Below are positions 42,865 to 56,488 of a DNA stretch of 64,000 nucleotides, piece by piece (position 1 is the stretch's first letter; every line of letters begins with the position of its first letter). The stretch is from assembly GCF_009914755.1 (NCBI RefSeq), contig NC_060945.1. The stretch is one strand, 5' to 3'. Under the pieces are notes generated by a model. That model was not told the origin of the DNA. It made no database searches and saw nothing but the letters and a program-made list of their open reading frames with translations. The stretch is from the human T2T-CHM13v2.0 reference genome, Homo sapiens. The position numbers and the translations under genes were made by a program.

Positions 42865-43240
42865 TAACAAGTCAGCTTGCCATGATTTCATGGACAATGG
42901 GAGAAGATAAAATATTTCTAGGTGAGAGACAAAGGACATTATTACTGATAATGCTGCAAAAGCAGTGAAAGCATATGTACATTCCTGTCACCTTCCCTTG
43001 TCCCAGAGTCCAATGGGGAGAAACATATGGGCTCAGGCAGAAGCCAGTACACACAGTGAGTTGTGTTCAGAGAGAAGTTGAGCTTTAGGGAATGTGGATC
43101 TCTTATAATGGGTAGGAAGCATATCTACCCTTCACTCTGGAAGGAGACATCCCTTCTATTTTCTAAGGCTCTTAATTTGAGACGAACAGCAACATGCAAC
43201 ATACATGAAAAATTTCCTCTCAACACTTACCTTGGAGCAT
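42865..43240 (-). mobile_element. Old ERVL-class LTR (LTR50-like, tentative)
   Basis: gagagacaaaggacattattact...cacacagtgagttgtgttcagagag...gagctttagggaatgtggatctcttataatgggtaggaagcat...ctggaaggagaca resembles a recalled LTR50 antisense consensus. Ends approximate. Confidence 0.5.
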
Positions 43241-44224
43241 TTATCCAAATAAAAACAGGAGACTAAATAGTATAGAAAATATTGTGATAAGTAAATTCTG
43301 TTTTGGAATTGTGAATAAAGTGATTCTGTTGTTCAGTACTCTTGCAAGAAAAATGTGCAAGAAATTTTGTTGAACCTGTACCTCAGGGACAACATATGGC
43401 TTCCTTTGCTATGATTGCTTCTGTCATAGAGCTTCAATGCAGTATTCAAATATAGGAGTATCAAGGCCAATAAAGAAAACTTCTCAGGAATCAGAGGATA
43501 AAAATATTTCTGATACAGCCTGAAAGTTTTATACTTCAACAGGCATGTTTATAGATCATGTGAAATACTACCATTATAGACTTACAAAAATCTCAACAGA
43601 GCATATAAACTCTTTTAAGATAGTAGACTTATTTATCTCCACAATCAATATTGTGATACAATATATCTTGGTGCATACATATGCAAGTTACAAAGAGCAC
43701 AATCTATAGTTTTTGTAGTTATCTGAGGAAATTGAGAGTTGTTTTAACCAAATAATTCTAAATTCACAGCAGGACAAGTATAACTAGTTCAAACAGTTCA
43801 AGGACTTTTTTTCTTAATCAGTTGAGTGCAAATATGTTGTTAGTGATTTCCTGTGATATGGAACCATTGTCAATATTTTAAGCTATCTGGCTTTATAGAA
43901 AGAATATTATATTTTATAACTATGATATTCATGTCATATAAGAAAAATAAGGTAATAACAGTCATACGCTTTAAAATGATGCTTATTTTAACTAAAGATT
44001 TTTTTAGCTAAAAACATTGGTTGCTGAAAAGTTTGAGCCTGGAAGAAGTAATTACCAATGTTACTAATGTTGGGCTGATGAGAAAATAAACTTCTCTGGA
44101 TGAACCTTATGAAAACTGTAGTTGTAGTAATCTTAGCAGAATATTACAATAATAGACAAAGTATGACAAACTGAACAGCTTAACTTGTGTAGCAAATTAT
44201 ACCTGCTTTGAATCAAAAAAATTA

Positions 44225-44351
44225 TTTGTTTTTTTAAACACCTTTATTGAGGTGTAACTGATATACAAAAGCCTTCACATATTCAGTGTATACAACTTGA
44301 TGAGTTTGAAAATATGCATACACCTGAGAAACCATCAGCACAATCGAAGTA
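44225..44351 (-). mobile_element. L1MC-type 3' end fragment
   Basis: tttattgaggtgtaactgatatacaaaag...tgtatacaacttgatgagtttg...gaaaccatcagcacaatc; the antisense AATAAA (tttatt) is present. Confidence 0.7.
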
Positions 44352-44842
44352 ATCTCTGAGAGGTAGCAGCTCTCCCATGTATACTACAGCATTATTTATA
44401 ATGGTCAAAATATAGAAACAACCTAAACGTCCACTGACAAAAAAGAAGATAAAGAAGATGTGATATGTCACCGAACAATGGAATATTGTTCAGTATTTAA
44501 AAAGATGAAAATGTTATCTTTTGTGAAAACATGGAGGAAAGTAGAGAACATTATGAAAAGTGAAATAAGCCAGTCAGAGAAAGACATATGTTGCATGATT
44601 CCGTCTATACAGGATATCTAAAATAGTCAAACTCATAGAAGCAGAGAGTAGAATGGTGGCTGCCAGGGAATGGGTGAATAGGGAAATGGAGACTTGTTGC
44701 TCAATTGATATAAAGTTTTGGTTACCCAAGATGAAAAAGTTTTAGAGATCTGCTGTACAACATTATATTTATAGTTAATAATATAACATTTAGCACTCCA
44801 AAGTTGAAGATGATAGATTTCATTTTATGTGCTTTCACCACG
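44352..44842 (+). mobile_element. L1MB (L1MB1/2-like) 3' end
   Basis: cagcattatttataatggtcaaaatatagaaacaacctaaacgtcca...gtgaaataagccagtcagagaaagaca...aaactcatagaagcagagagtagaatggtgg...agagatctgctgtacaacatt. Confidence 0.85.
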
Positions 44843-44898
44843 CCCACACACACTCACTCAGACGTGTGAGCATGCAGCATGCAAACACAAAAGACAGT

Positions 44899-44973
44899 AA
44901 TTCATCAAAATGTATACATTAAAATGTGCAGTTATTTTTTATATCAATTATACCTCAATAAAGCCTTAAAAAG
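44899..44973 (+). mobile_element. L1M 3' terminal fragment
   Basis: aattcatcaaaatgtatacattaaaatgtgcag...caattatacctcaataaagc, the typical L1MB/MC tail. Confidence 0.65.
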
Positions 44974-45821
44974 AACAAGATAACATTAGATACCAGAAAT
45001 TGTAAGAAAGTTTTTTTTGCAATATTTCTTTAGCCTCATCCAATTCGCAGCAAATTTGAAGTGACAATTATTTCATGAAAAATAATCGTTTTTTTAAGAT
45101 TTACTTTGATTAGTTATATTTATAGAAATTTAATACCTTTTTACAACTATAGAACAATTTTTAGTCACTGAATGACTTGCCTTTTTTATTATCTCCTAAC
45201 TAAGAGATAAGTAACCAAAGTGTTAACCTTTAATGCAGCTAAAGTTTCCTTTTTTTTTTAAAAAAAATATATATATATATATATATTGTTTCCATAATAA
45301 AAGACACAACCAGGCAGTTATTCTTAGAAGAAGCCAGCTAGACATTTTAAGAATTAGTAATTAATTTTAAAAAATCCTTGTGAACTTTGTGCTATTTTAA
45401 AATTATGTATTTATAAGTTACAGTAAACCAATTAGCATTAGAGTTACCATGAAATTTAAGAGGCTTTGTAATCAGCTTCATTGTTTTTTTTCTACTTAGT
45501 TTTATGTAGACCTGGGCTAGATATTCCTGGACTCTGCATATATAATGACAGACTTTAAAAGCAACTTAAAAGGCCGACTGTTGTCAAGTTAAAAAGTCCC
45601 CACAGGAGAGTGAGGGTACAGGGTAATAACGGTTTGACACTGTAGTTCCTATGTTAACCACATAACAGACCGAAATGTTATCCGTGACAGCTAAAAGACA
45701 GATCAGGAAAGCACCAGAAAAGAGAGCAACTGATTCTCTTTTCCCAAGCAATCACCGAAAAATAAGAAACAAAATAAGACTGAAAGCTCAGTGACAGATG
45801 ACTGATGGTCAAAACCATATT

Positions 45822-46136
<315 letters not shown>

Positions 46137-46372
46137 TCAGAGCTACAGTTCCTCAAACCGTCCCGGTAAATGTAACAAATTTAAGGGGGTCTCCAAGAAG
46201 AATCAAATCTTAGTTAGTCACCACTGCAATTGTACCTGAGGACCAAAAGGCACAGGTAAGAATTGTTTTCTGTCTTAAGGCTGGCAACACCAGCACCACT
46301 AAGTGAGGCCGACAAGGCAATTTTGGTGGATCTCCTAAAATGTCTGATAAAATAAGACCAGGGCTAAGTACT

Positions 46373-46412
46373 ACTATGACTACGACTACGACTACGACTA
46401 TGACTACGACTA
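46373..46412. repeat. (GACTAC/GACTAT)n hexanucleotide microsatellite, ~6.7 copies
   Basis: actatgactacgactacgactacgactatgactacgacta. Confidence 0.9.
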
Positions 46413-49069
46413 ATCATACCACTACCTGTAATAATAATTACAAAGCTGCTGAGTCTATTAACTTGCCAGGCAAGGGAACACTCAACAGTTAAGAAATTTA
46501 CAAAGTCTCTGCAGCGTATGATCAGGGTTCCCTAAGTGATTAAAAAAAGGGAATTCACAATAGTTATGCTAATTAAGAGCCGAAACTAGAACACCAAATT
46601 AAGTGAAATGAGTTTATACGTCTGCACTGCCCATTCACCAGGAAAGACTCCTTAGTTTGTAGTAATAAATAAATGTTCATTCAGGTCACTCAAATTCATG
46701 ACATCTTATCAGCTTTAACTGGTTAGAGCGTTATCACGAAATGAAACAACCAGTTTTGCTATATTCTAGGGAAGTGTTATTGTAGATATGTTTATGTGTG
46801 AACTAGATTGGTATGTAAACTGCATTTCTTTGTATGAGTTTCTGCCAAAAAAATTGAGTACCACTAGTTTAGATGTTGGGCAAAATTAATTATTTGTCAT
46901 ATATATTTTGACTCTTCTCTAGATCCTAAATGCTCAGAAAGTTAGTTATTTTAAAATCACAGTTTTTTAAAGATAAAATAAAAAACATGCTGATAGTATT
47001 TATGAGGAATTTTTGGCTAAAATTAGGTTAGAATATATGCTATGTTTCCTTTTCTTTGCTGATCTGTTTGTAGTAGAGAGACATAAATGAACGTCTCATA
47101 AATTTTTAAATGCACCAAATAAAGGAGAATGGATGAAAGCTATCAGTGCTGCACACTGTTAAAAGAAGCTTTACTAACCTTGGCGTAGAAAAGATGTCCA
47201 AGGTGTTTATCAGCAAATTGAATTACAAATGCAAAACCAAGGAAAAGTTTTACAATGCAAAGCTGAAATCAGGATTAGATTATTTTGAGGCATCTGGGTG
47301 CTTTTTCATGGGTATATACATAAGCTTGATTAGACAGGAGTAAAATGGAAATCATGAATTCATAGGCAGGGGTACATACATTTAAAATAATGAAATTGAT
47401 CTGCATGGACTGGCTTAGCTAGCAGATTGTCACAGCATGATCTCTCATTAGGATATTTCCTTGAAGCTTGAGATTGTTAGAGTAAACAAGGCATAAATAT
47501 CCAGGTGATAGTGGCTAGACACAGGTATTCATCTTCAAATTTAACTGTTCTTTGAAGAATTATATGGTCCACAGAAATCCTGATAGATATACTGTGGATA
47601 TCAAACACAATAAGTATTATTACAAAATTTAAATAAGCACAGTGTGCTCCAGCTTACTTAAACTGAAAGTTTATGAGACTAATTGTCTTTCCTTACATAC
47701 AGATATTTGAATAAGCCATGTCCAAAGTATATTTTACTTCTGAAATTTATTTTTGCTTAAATTGGAGCTAATGTCTGATCTGGCTTTGCAGTTGAGATAT
47801 TCATATAAATATCCAGTGTCATATTTGAACCCAGATTTCAAAATTCTTTATGGTTTTGACTATTTCAGCTTCTTTATATGTTTTGGAAATACAATAGAAT
47901 TCAAATACTCAGATTTTTTTCGTTGCAAAATTGCATTTCCTAATATTAGGACTCAAATATATCATATGAAATCTGGAGAAAGTTTTTGCAACTCCCGTCA
48001 ATTTTTCAAGAATTTGAGTTTGTTTTATGCATTAATATGTTTGAAAATGTTTACATTTTAATGAATTAAAATCTCATGTTAAATAATATAGTTTACCTCT
48101 ATTGATGTAAATCCTTTATCTCTTCCTTTATATACATTTTAGAGTTTACATGCTCTAAAAGTTACATGCTATTGTCTCTAGCAAACTCCAAGTGGGTTGT
48201 TCACTGTTCAAAGTCTTTTGAAATATATTTTTTCCTTCATAAGATATTTTATTAAATAAAATATTTAGGTCAAACCCATATTTATGCCTTCATAAAGGTA
48301 TATTTGCAGAATGCATGATGATGAAAGAGCTACTTTTCCTTTTTTAGGTTTTGAATAAAAGACTGTGCTTCAGGAAAGAAAATAAGGATGTAAAAGTGAG
48401 CAAGATTAGCTATGGTAGCTATAATTGAGTGTCCTTCAGTAGTAGTCCAACTTCCAGTCTAAATATTAGTGAGATAAGAGCCCAGGCAGTGTTTCTATTC
48501 AATTAATCATGGCTACCTTCCTTATACAATTCTTATTTCATCATTAATTTTTAAAATATTCTTTTACTCCTTAATTTTAAGAATACAAATTATAAGTCTT
48601 TTGTGAGTACAAATAACAACAGCATATATGCAAGCAATAATACTTAGTAAAATGGATAATATCAACCTGTCAGTAATTCAATAAATGCAGTATTACTTAT
48701 ACCACTGAAGGTCCTTTATGCTCATCATAGAGACAATACCCCTGCCGCCCTTTTAGAGTTAACCACTGAGCTAATTTGTGTGTTTCTACTGCTTTTCATT
48801 ATAACGAAAATACACACCAATACACCCACACGTTATGTATGTTCTTAGAATTTAATACATATTAATCTGTCAGCTGTAAATATTCTCAAAAAATGTTTGC
48901 TAGCTGTACCAGTAAATAATGCAAAAACATTTATCACAGTTTGATGTATTAGCTAATTTGAACTAATCATTATTTTCTGTCTCTCACTTATAATTTGTCA
49001 TTATTTGCTATTGTATGTCCTACATTATAAACTCCAGGAAAGCACATATATGTTTTGGCTATCTTGTTT

Positions 49070-49783
49070 TGTTGCAGGAATGAAGGAATGGAGAGACCAC
49101 AGGGTGAGAAAGGAGATTTTTATTAAGTGCAGTCAGGCCCAGAAGATTAACATCCAAAAACTGAGCCAAGAAAAAAGATAGGTTTTGGCTTTTATAAACA
49201 CTTCAAAAAGGGGGTTGATTAGTTTGAAGCAAGCTTACAGTGGCATGAAGCGTAGTGGTGGAAAAGCAAGCATGCAGAACGAAGCAGAACAAAGTTAATC
49301 AAATTGTGACAGGTGCATAACTCAGGATTACATATGACATCTTGCTATGTAGCTCAGATGGCTGTTACCTAGGTTTTACTCAAGTGCCTTGCACGGGCTT
49401 ATCTCATAACATTCGTTATGGTGCCGAGGTGGCTGTAGTTCAGGCCTGCTCAGGCTTCTCATGACCTTCACTGTGCTGCCTAGATAAAACAGAATACTTG
49501 AAGGTACTAGTTACAGAGAATAGAAATCCATAAACTCGTAGGTTTACTCACATCATAAGAGAAGGGAAAATTTGTTTTTTTTTCTCCCTATGTTGAGGGA
49601 GTGCTGGTAGAGTCTCCAGAGCACATTTCTTTGAGCCATGGTTTCTTAGATAACATTATTGGAACTTTTGCCTGGGTCTGGGTTTTGCCTGTCACTGCCT
49701 TTGGGATGATCAGTCTAATACAGAAAGCTTATTTATTTCTCTTTTTAATTTTATTTTTCTTTCTTTCCCTAATTTCCACCTCA
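49070..49783 (-). mobile_element. ERV1 solo LTR (LTR15-like, tentative), full length
   Basis: TG...CA termini (tgttgcagg...ccacctca) with perfect 4-bp TSD GTTT (49066-49069 / 49784-49787). Antisense TATA (ttttata near 49190) and poly(A) signal (tttatt near 49120) are present. Confidence 0.8.
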
Positions 49784-49908
49784 GTTTAATGCTCAAATTC
49801 CCCAAATTAGCATATATCGTTGGGAAAGAAACAAAATGCTCACAACCCTTTTCTCTTTTTTCATTTACAGCAATATTTATGCAAAACATAAAGTTTATTT
49901 GCATCTAA

Positions 49909-51365
<1,457 letters not shown>

Positions 51366-52123
51366 ATTTCACTGTTCCTAATCACTAGGACCATCTCGAT
51401 CAATGTGAAGATATGAAAAACATCAGAAAGAGAAGAATGTTGTCAGGTGTTTCCAGAGCACCATAAAAGTCAAACACCACACCACATTCTGCCCCCACGT
51501 AGAATTAACACAAAATAATTTTGTAGAAAGGAGAGACACCTTAACTAACAAGGTTAAATTTGAAATTGGTGAAAAAGAGAAAAGCACATACATATATGAT
51601 CCAGAGACAGAACCCATGTTTTACAATGGAGAATAAAAGCGGTTACATTTATTGTATGCCTTAATTTCATGGTTTCACTGTATCATATTGGCTGTATATG
51701 GGACTAATATCTGATTACAAAAAAGTCTTATGCCATTTGCATAGAGATTTGAAAACACAAGGCTAAAACTAAAGGGTTATCATCCTAAATGCATGTTTGT
51801 AAATGTTTTCTAGAATTGTGACCCCTTGGTGATATTGCTGGGTAGAGAAGTTACTTTCAGAATTTATTGCTTTTTTTATGAAACATAGATTCTGATAACA
51901 CTAGCTCTAAATGTCTAGTTACTCTAGACTGTTCTAAATTTTATGTCAAGATAGGTTGCAAAAGGAGACAAAGGAATAGAATACCATTTTAGGAGGGTAT
52001 TGATGAGCCTAAATTTGAGGCTTAATAGAACATCTATAAACAGAGGCACATTTCTAGTTACTAAAAGGCCAAATTTTGAATTAGGTCTTTTTTTGAATGT
52101 GAACTTTTATCCCAAATGAGCAG

Positions 52124-52669
52124 TGTCAAGGCAAATATTTCACTAGACAAAGTTAAACAGCAGAGAATACTTTATCCAAGGGTATTGCAATTGTGGAGAG
52201 AGGCCAGCATTCAATCTGGGCTCTACTCTACACAAAGAACTGAAGCATTTTTAAGATGTAAGGTAAGAGGATCATAGGCCACATGTGTTTGCTAATTGGC
52301 TTTACTGAAAGGAAAAATGGACATTTTAATATTTTTATGACAGGAAGTAGTTTCACAACTTGGCTCAAGGCACCAGTACTAATGTAGGTTTTACCCTCCC
52401 ATAGAAACTGGTAGATAGGGGTACTCAACTTGATGATTACATTTGAAAGGGATGGGGCTCAGGTCCTTGAGAAAAATACCCCTGGGTTGTTAAACTGTTA
52501 AGAGACTGCAAAAATATTTACATCTCAAAGGGACAGAGAAAGAATTTACAGTTTCAAGAGTTCTAAATCAAATGGTATACAAAAAGGAAGGTCAGTGGCC
52601 TAGAGCAGGAACAAGCCTGTATAAAGTTTTTGAAGCTGAGGGGAATAAATACTAACATCCTCTTGGTCA
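52124..52669 (-). mobile_element. MER67-family ERV1 solo LTR
   Basis: The minus strand begins TGACCAAGAGG and contains tgtaaattctttctctgtccctttgagatgtaaat and tttctcaaggacctgagccccatccctttcaaatgtaatcatcaag. TG...CA termini. Confidence 0.75.
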
Positions 52670-53142
52670 TGACTACTATGTACATCAGCATCAGCTCATC
52701 CCTAAAGGCAGATCAACACTGCCAGCCTAGCAAAACAGCACGACTTTATCATCTTGTGGTTTGTAGTTGACTGAGAACCACATGCTATAAATATTTTATT
52801 TGTTTTTTCACAGCACTGACTTCTCAAGATGACAACTTTTAGACTCTCAACGTTTGTAGATAGTCTTTGTTGATTTTTTTCCCACATGACACACTTTTTA
52901 ATAACTCTATGGGATATGAAACTAATAACTGAATCGCAATGGTGATGACCCCAACCTATTAACTTCAGCCTTCAGTAACAGCGGGGATATGCCAGGATAT
53001 AGAGAAGAAAAATATAATTGTCCTCAGTATTTTTTATTCTCACTAAGCATAGTCCTTGTTGGAAAGGACATAGTCAAAATAATCTTTATAATTTAAGAAA
53101 TTTTCTGTGGTAGTTCTACATTTTATTAGCATGAATCTTTGT

Positions 53143-53370
53143 TTTAAAAATATTATTGTGTATATATATATGATGTAAATAACGATTTCGATACACATAT
53201 AGATAGTAAAAAGGATTTTTTCTAGATAAAACCCTGAAGACAGTATAACATTATTGAGTTTTCTATGGAATTTTTTTTGTATTTCTGCTTTTTAATTATA
53301 GTTTTAGTTGACATGCAATAATTACACACATTTATGGGGTACATAACAATATTTTGATACATGTATACAA
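53143..53370 (-). mobile_element. Two short L1MA-type 3' end fragments
   Basis: attattgtgtatatatatatgatgtaaataacgatttcgatacacatata and ttgacatgcaataattacacacatttatggggtacataacaatattttgatacatgtataca. Confidence 0.55.
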
Positions 53371-53759
53371 GGACCTTAGTATTTTTCATTCTCACTAATT
53401 ATAATCTTTAATGGGGGGATGTCACTAAGAGTATCTTCATAATTTATTTCAAGAAATTGTCTGTAGTGGTTCTACATTTTATTAGTTTGAATCTGTTTTA
53501 TATCTAGACAGCTTTCCTCAGTGTAGGTGGCTCTGTGCCTCATTGTCAGAGCTGATAGTAATTCCAACCACCATCTAAGTTTGTCATTTGTTTACAGCAT
53601 TTATTTCTCACAGGAGAATAAAGCCAAAATTTTTTAATCAAGTTAGAAGACATCGTTTGATAATTACATTGCTTTTTAATGTGTATGAATCTTAGCACCT
53701 TGAATTAGAAAAGATTGTCAATGACTGAATTAAACTGATAATACCTAAAAAAAAAATCC

Positions 53760-53990
53760 TGACAATTTTATAGTACTTATTACGTATTATACATTAATTA
53801 ACTCATTTATTCTTCACAATATTACTAAAGACAATATAAATATTATTGTTATTTTCAAAATAAGGAAACTGTGGCACAAAATGTTAAGTAATTTGCCTAA
53901 AATCATAAATTAGCACTTCACGAGTTTTGATCCCAAGCTGTCTGAATTTAATTTTATAATCAAAAATTCATAAACTGTACTGCATCTCCT
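53760..53990 (-). mobile_element. MIR SINE
   Basis: attaactcatttattcttcacaat...attttcaaaataaggaaactgtggcacaaaatgttaagtaatttgcctaaaatcata. Confidence 0.75.
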
Positions 53991-54454
53991 AAAACTTCTA
54001 AGAGAACCATATATAAAATTTAATTTTAAATATAACTTGAAACATGTCATTTTCCTGAGTGTCTGTTTTATCTAATATATAATATCAGAATCAAATGTTG
54101 ATACTACTTAATAATTTTATTTTATGTAACAAAATATAAAAAAGACTATTAGCACAGATTGTGTGCATTTCATCATGCCAATATTATATCATTAACATAT
54201 TAATTTCACTTATAATGCAGTTAGACATTGTGTAAGTTTTGTCTCAAATACAATTATGCAAAAAATTCTATCTAACACAAATTCATTTTAATTTTACATG
54301 TTTTGTCTCAGCTGATTTAATTTTGTGGAGGGGACCAATATTTTACAAACAATAAAACAGAAATGCCTAACACCAGTTAATACTCTAAATCGACATTTGA
54401 AAATACCAATATTCTATTTTAAAAATATTCTAAGATCTATATCTATATCTATCT

Positions 54455-54567
54455 ATGCTACTTAGCTTGTGATAATCACTTCACAATGTATACCTACATA
54501 AATCCTCACATTTTCAGCCTTAAATATGTACAAGTTTTATTTTTCAGTTCTACCTCAATAAAGCTGA
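54455..54567 (+). mobile_element. L1MA/L1MB 3' terminal fragment
   Basis: tagcttgtgataatcacttcacaatgtatacctacat...ccttaaatatgtacaagtttt...tacctcaataaagctg. Confidence 0.7.
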
Positions 54568-54839
54568 ATGTATATAAATTCATTATTTATAGCTATATAT
54601 AAAATATATATAACATATATATATTTTATAATATATATATTATAAAAAAGCTAAAATGTATATATATTTGGGGAACCAAAAAGAAAAAGCATACAAAAAG
54701 GCATTTGTACAAATATATTTTACTTTAAAAATCAATGAGGAAACCAGATTTTAAAAGGTGTATAGTTAATGAAAATAATTTTTCTATTCTTTAATTGAGT
54801 TGACATATACCCATGCACCTTTGAAAATATAATTCTACA

Positions 54840-55136
<297 letters not shown>

Positions 55137-56029
55137 CTACATATTGTAAAACATTTTATTTTAAAAAGCAGCATGTGCTTTGCTTTTTTTTCCCCCTAGT
55201 TATTTTGTATCTGATGCGCAATACTAGATGCTCCATTTATTGGCATATCCTGTGTATGCGTCTGCATGTATAAAGGTGGCACATTTCTTCTTCATTTTAG
55301 GACTTCTGGATTAATGGGAAACCAACTAGACTTAAATTGAAGGGTCAGAGGTTTCTGGTGTCTTTCTTAACATTGCCTAGGGGGATTCTTCTCACTGCAG
55401 AAATTTCACATTCAATCACAGTATACCCTGGGGTCATTAGTCATGGTCTTGGCAGGTTAGATAAATAGTTATTAAAAATAAGGACAAGTCTGAGGTAGCT
55501 AAATTAAAAGCAAAATACCAGTTATAGTGTTACTTGAACTAGTTAAGTTCAAATAGAGCAGAATCACAACTGTCAGATTATAGATTTACAAAAGCATATT
55601 TTGACTCTATGGTAATAGGCAATTTAAATCAAAAATCTATTTTTGTACAAGGTTATTCTCAGGACCTGTGAGAACCTGTTATCTTCCTATCACATATATG
55701 ATTTGTTGAGCAGGATTGATTAAAAAAATGAATTAAGTCAGAATAGAAAACAAAATGAGAAGGAAAATTAGAAGACTGCATGATAAATGAAAACTATGAG
55801 TCAATTCAAAGAGACTTTTTATTAATTTATGAGTACAGAAGTTAGTTCCTTTATTTCTGACTAGAAATTTTTAGCAACAAGTAGAATCTAATCATTCATA
55901 TTGCATTAGTAAATATGTATTAACCACTGTGCTAAGATTATGTCATAGTTCCTACAGTCACAAAGTATAATCTACTTAATTCATTCATTAATTGGGAAAA
56001 AAAATCATTGTTTTCTTATAAAATACTAT

Positions 56030-56420
56030 CATAGAGAAAACTGGGAGACCAACTTTTAATAAATACACAAATAAATGAATACATTTATTAATATAGTGTT
56101 ACATATTTTGAAGAAAATTTAAATATAGAGCTATTACTTACGGGGTCTGGTGGGATGGGCAGCATTGTATATAGTGCTTAGAGAAGGTCTTTCTGAAGAG
56201 CTAATGTTATTTATGAGATTTAAATGGTGAGAAAGAGACAGATGTTAGAAGACAGGATTTAGACAGAAAGATTATCTAGGGCAGAGGCTCTAAGGCAAGG
56301 ATGAATGACAAGAATGTTTAAAGGGAAGATCAAAGAGCAATGTGGAAATGATAGTGTATAAGTTATCAGCGAAGGTGTTAAGCACTCTACAGAGCCTCAC
56401 TGGCTTGTACCTAAGTAGAA
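56030..56420 (-). mobile_element. L2 fragment
   Basis: tatagtgcttagagaaggtctttctgaagagctaatg...gagattttaaatggtgagaaagag...cagaggctctaaggcaagg. Confidence 0.55.
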
Positions 56421-56488
56421 GATAGGTAAAACTTTTCTACTCAAGAACACTCGAGTTGATAATTTATGACAAACAGTCAATGACAAAG

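Noticed and set aside
44225-44973. Apparent inverted termini around the L1MB fragment
   Set aside because: They are two generic L1M 3' tails in opposite orientation with only family-level similarity, not TIRs.
47150-47550. Possible old LTR (also 33150-33650)
   Set aside because: Composition is suggestive, but I could not match termini, TSD or a consensus.
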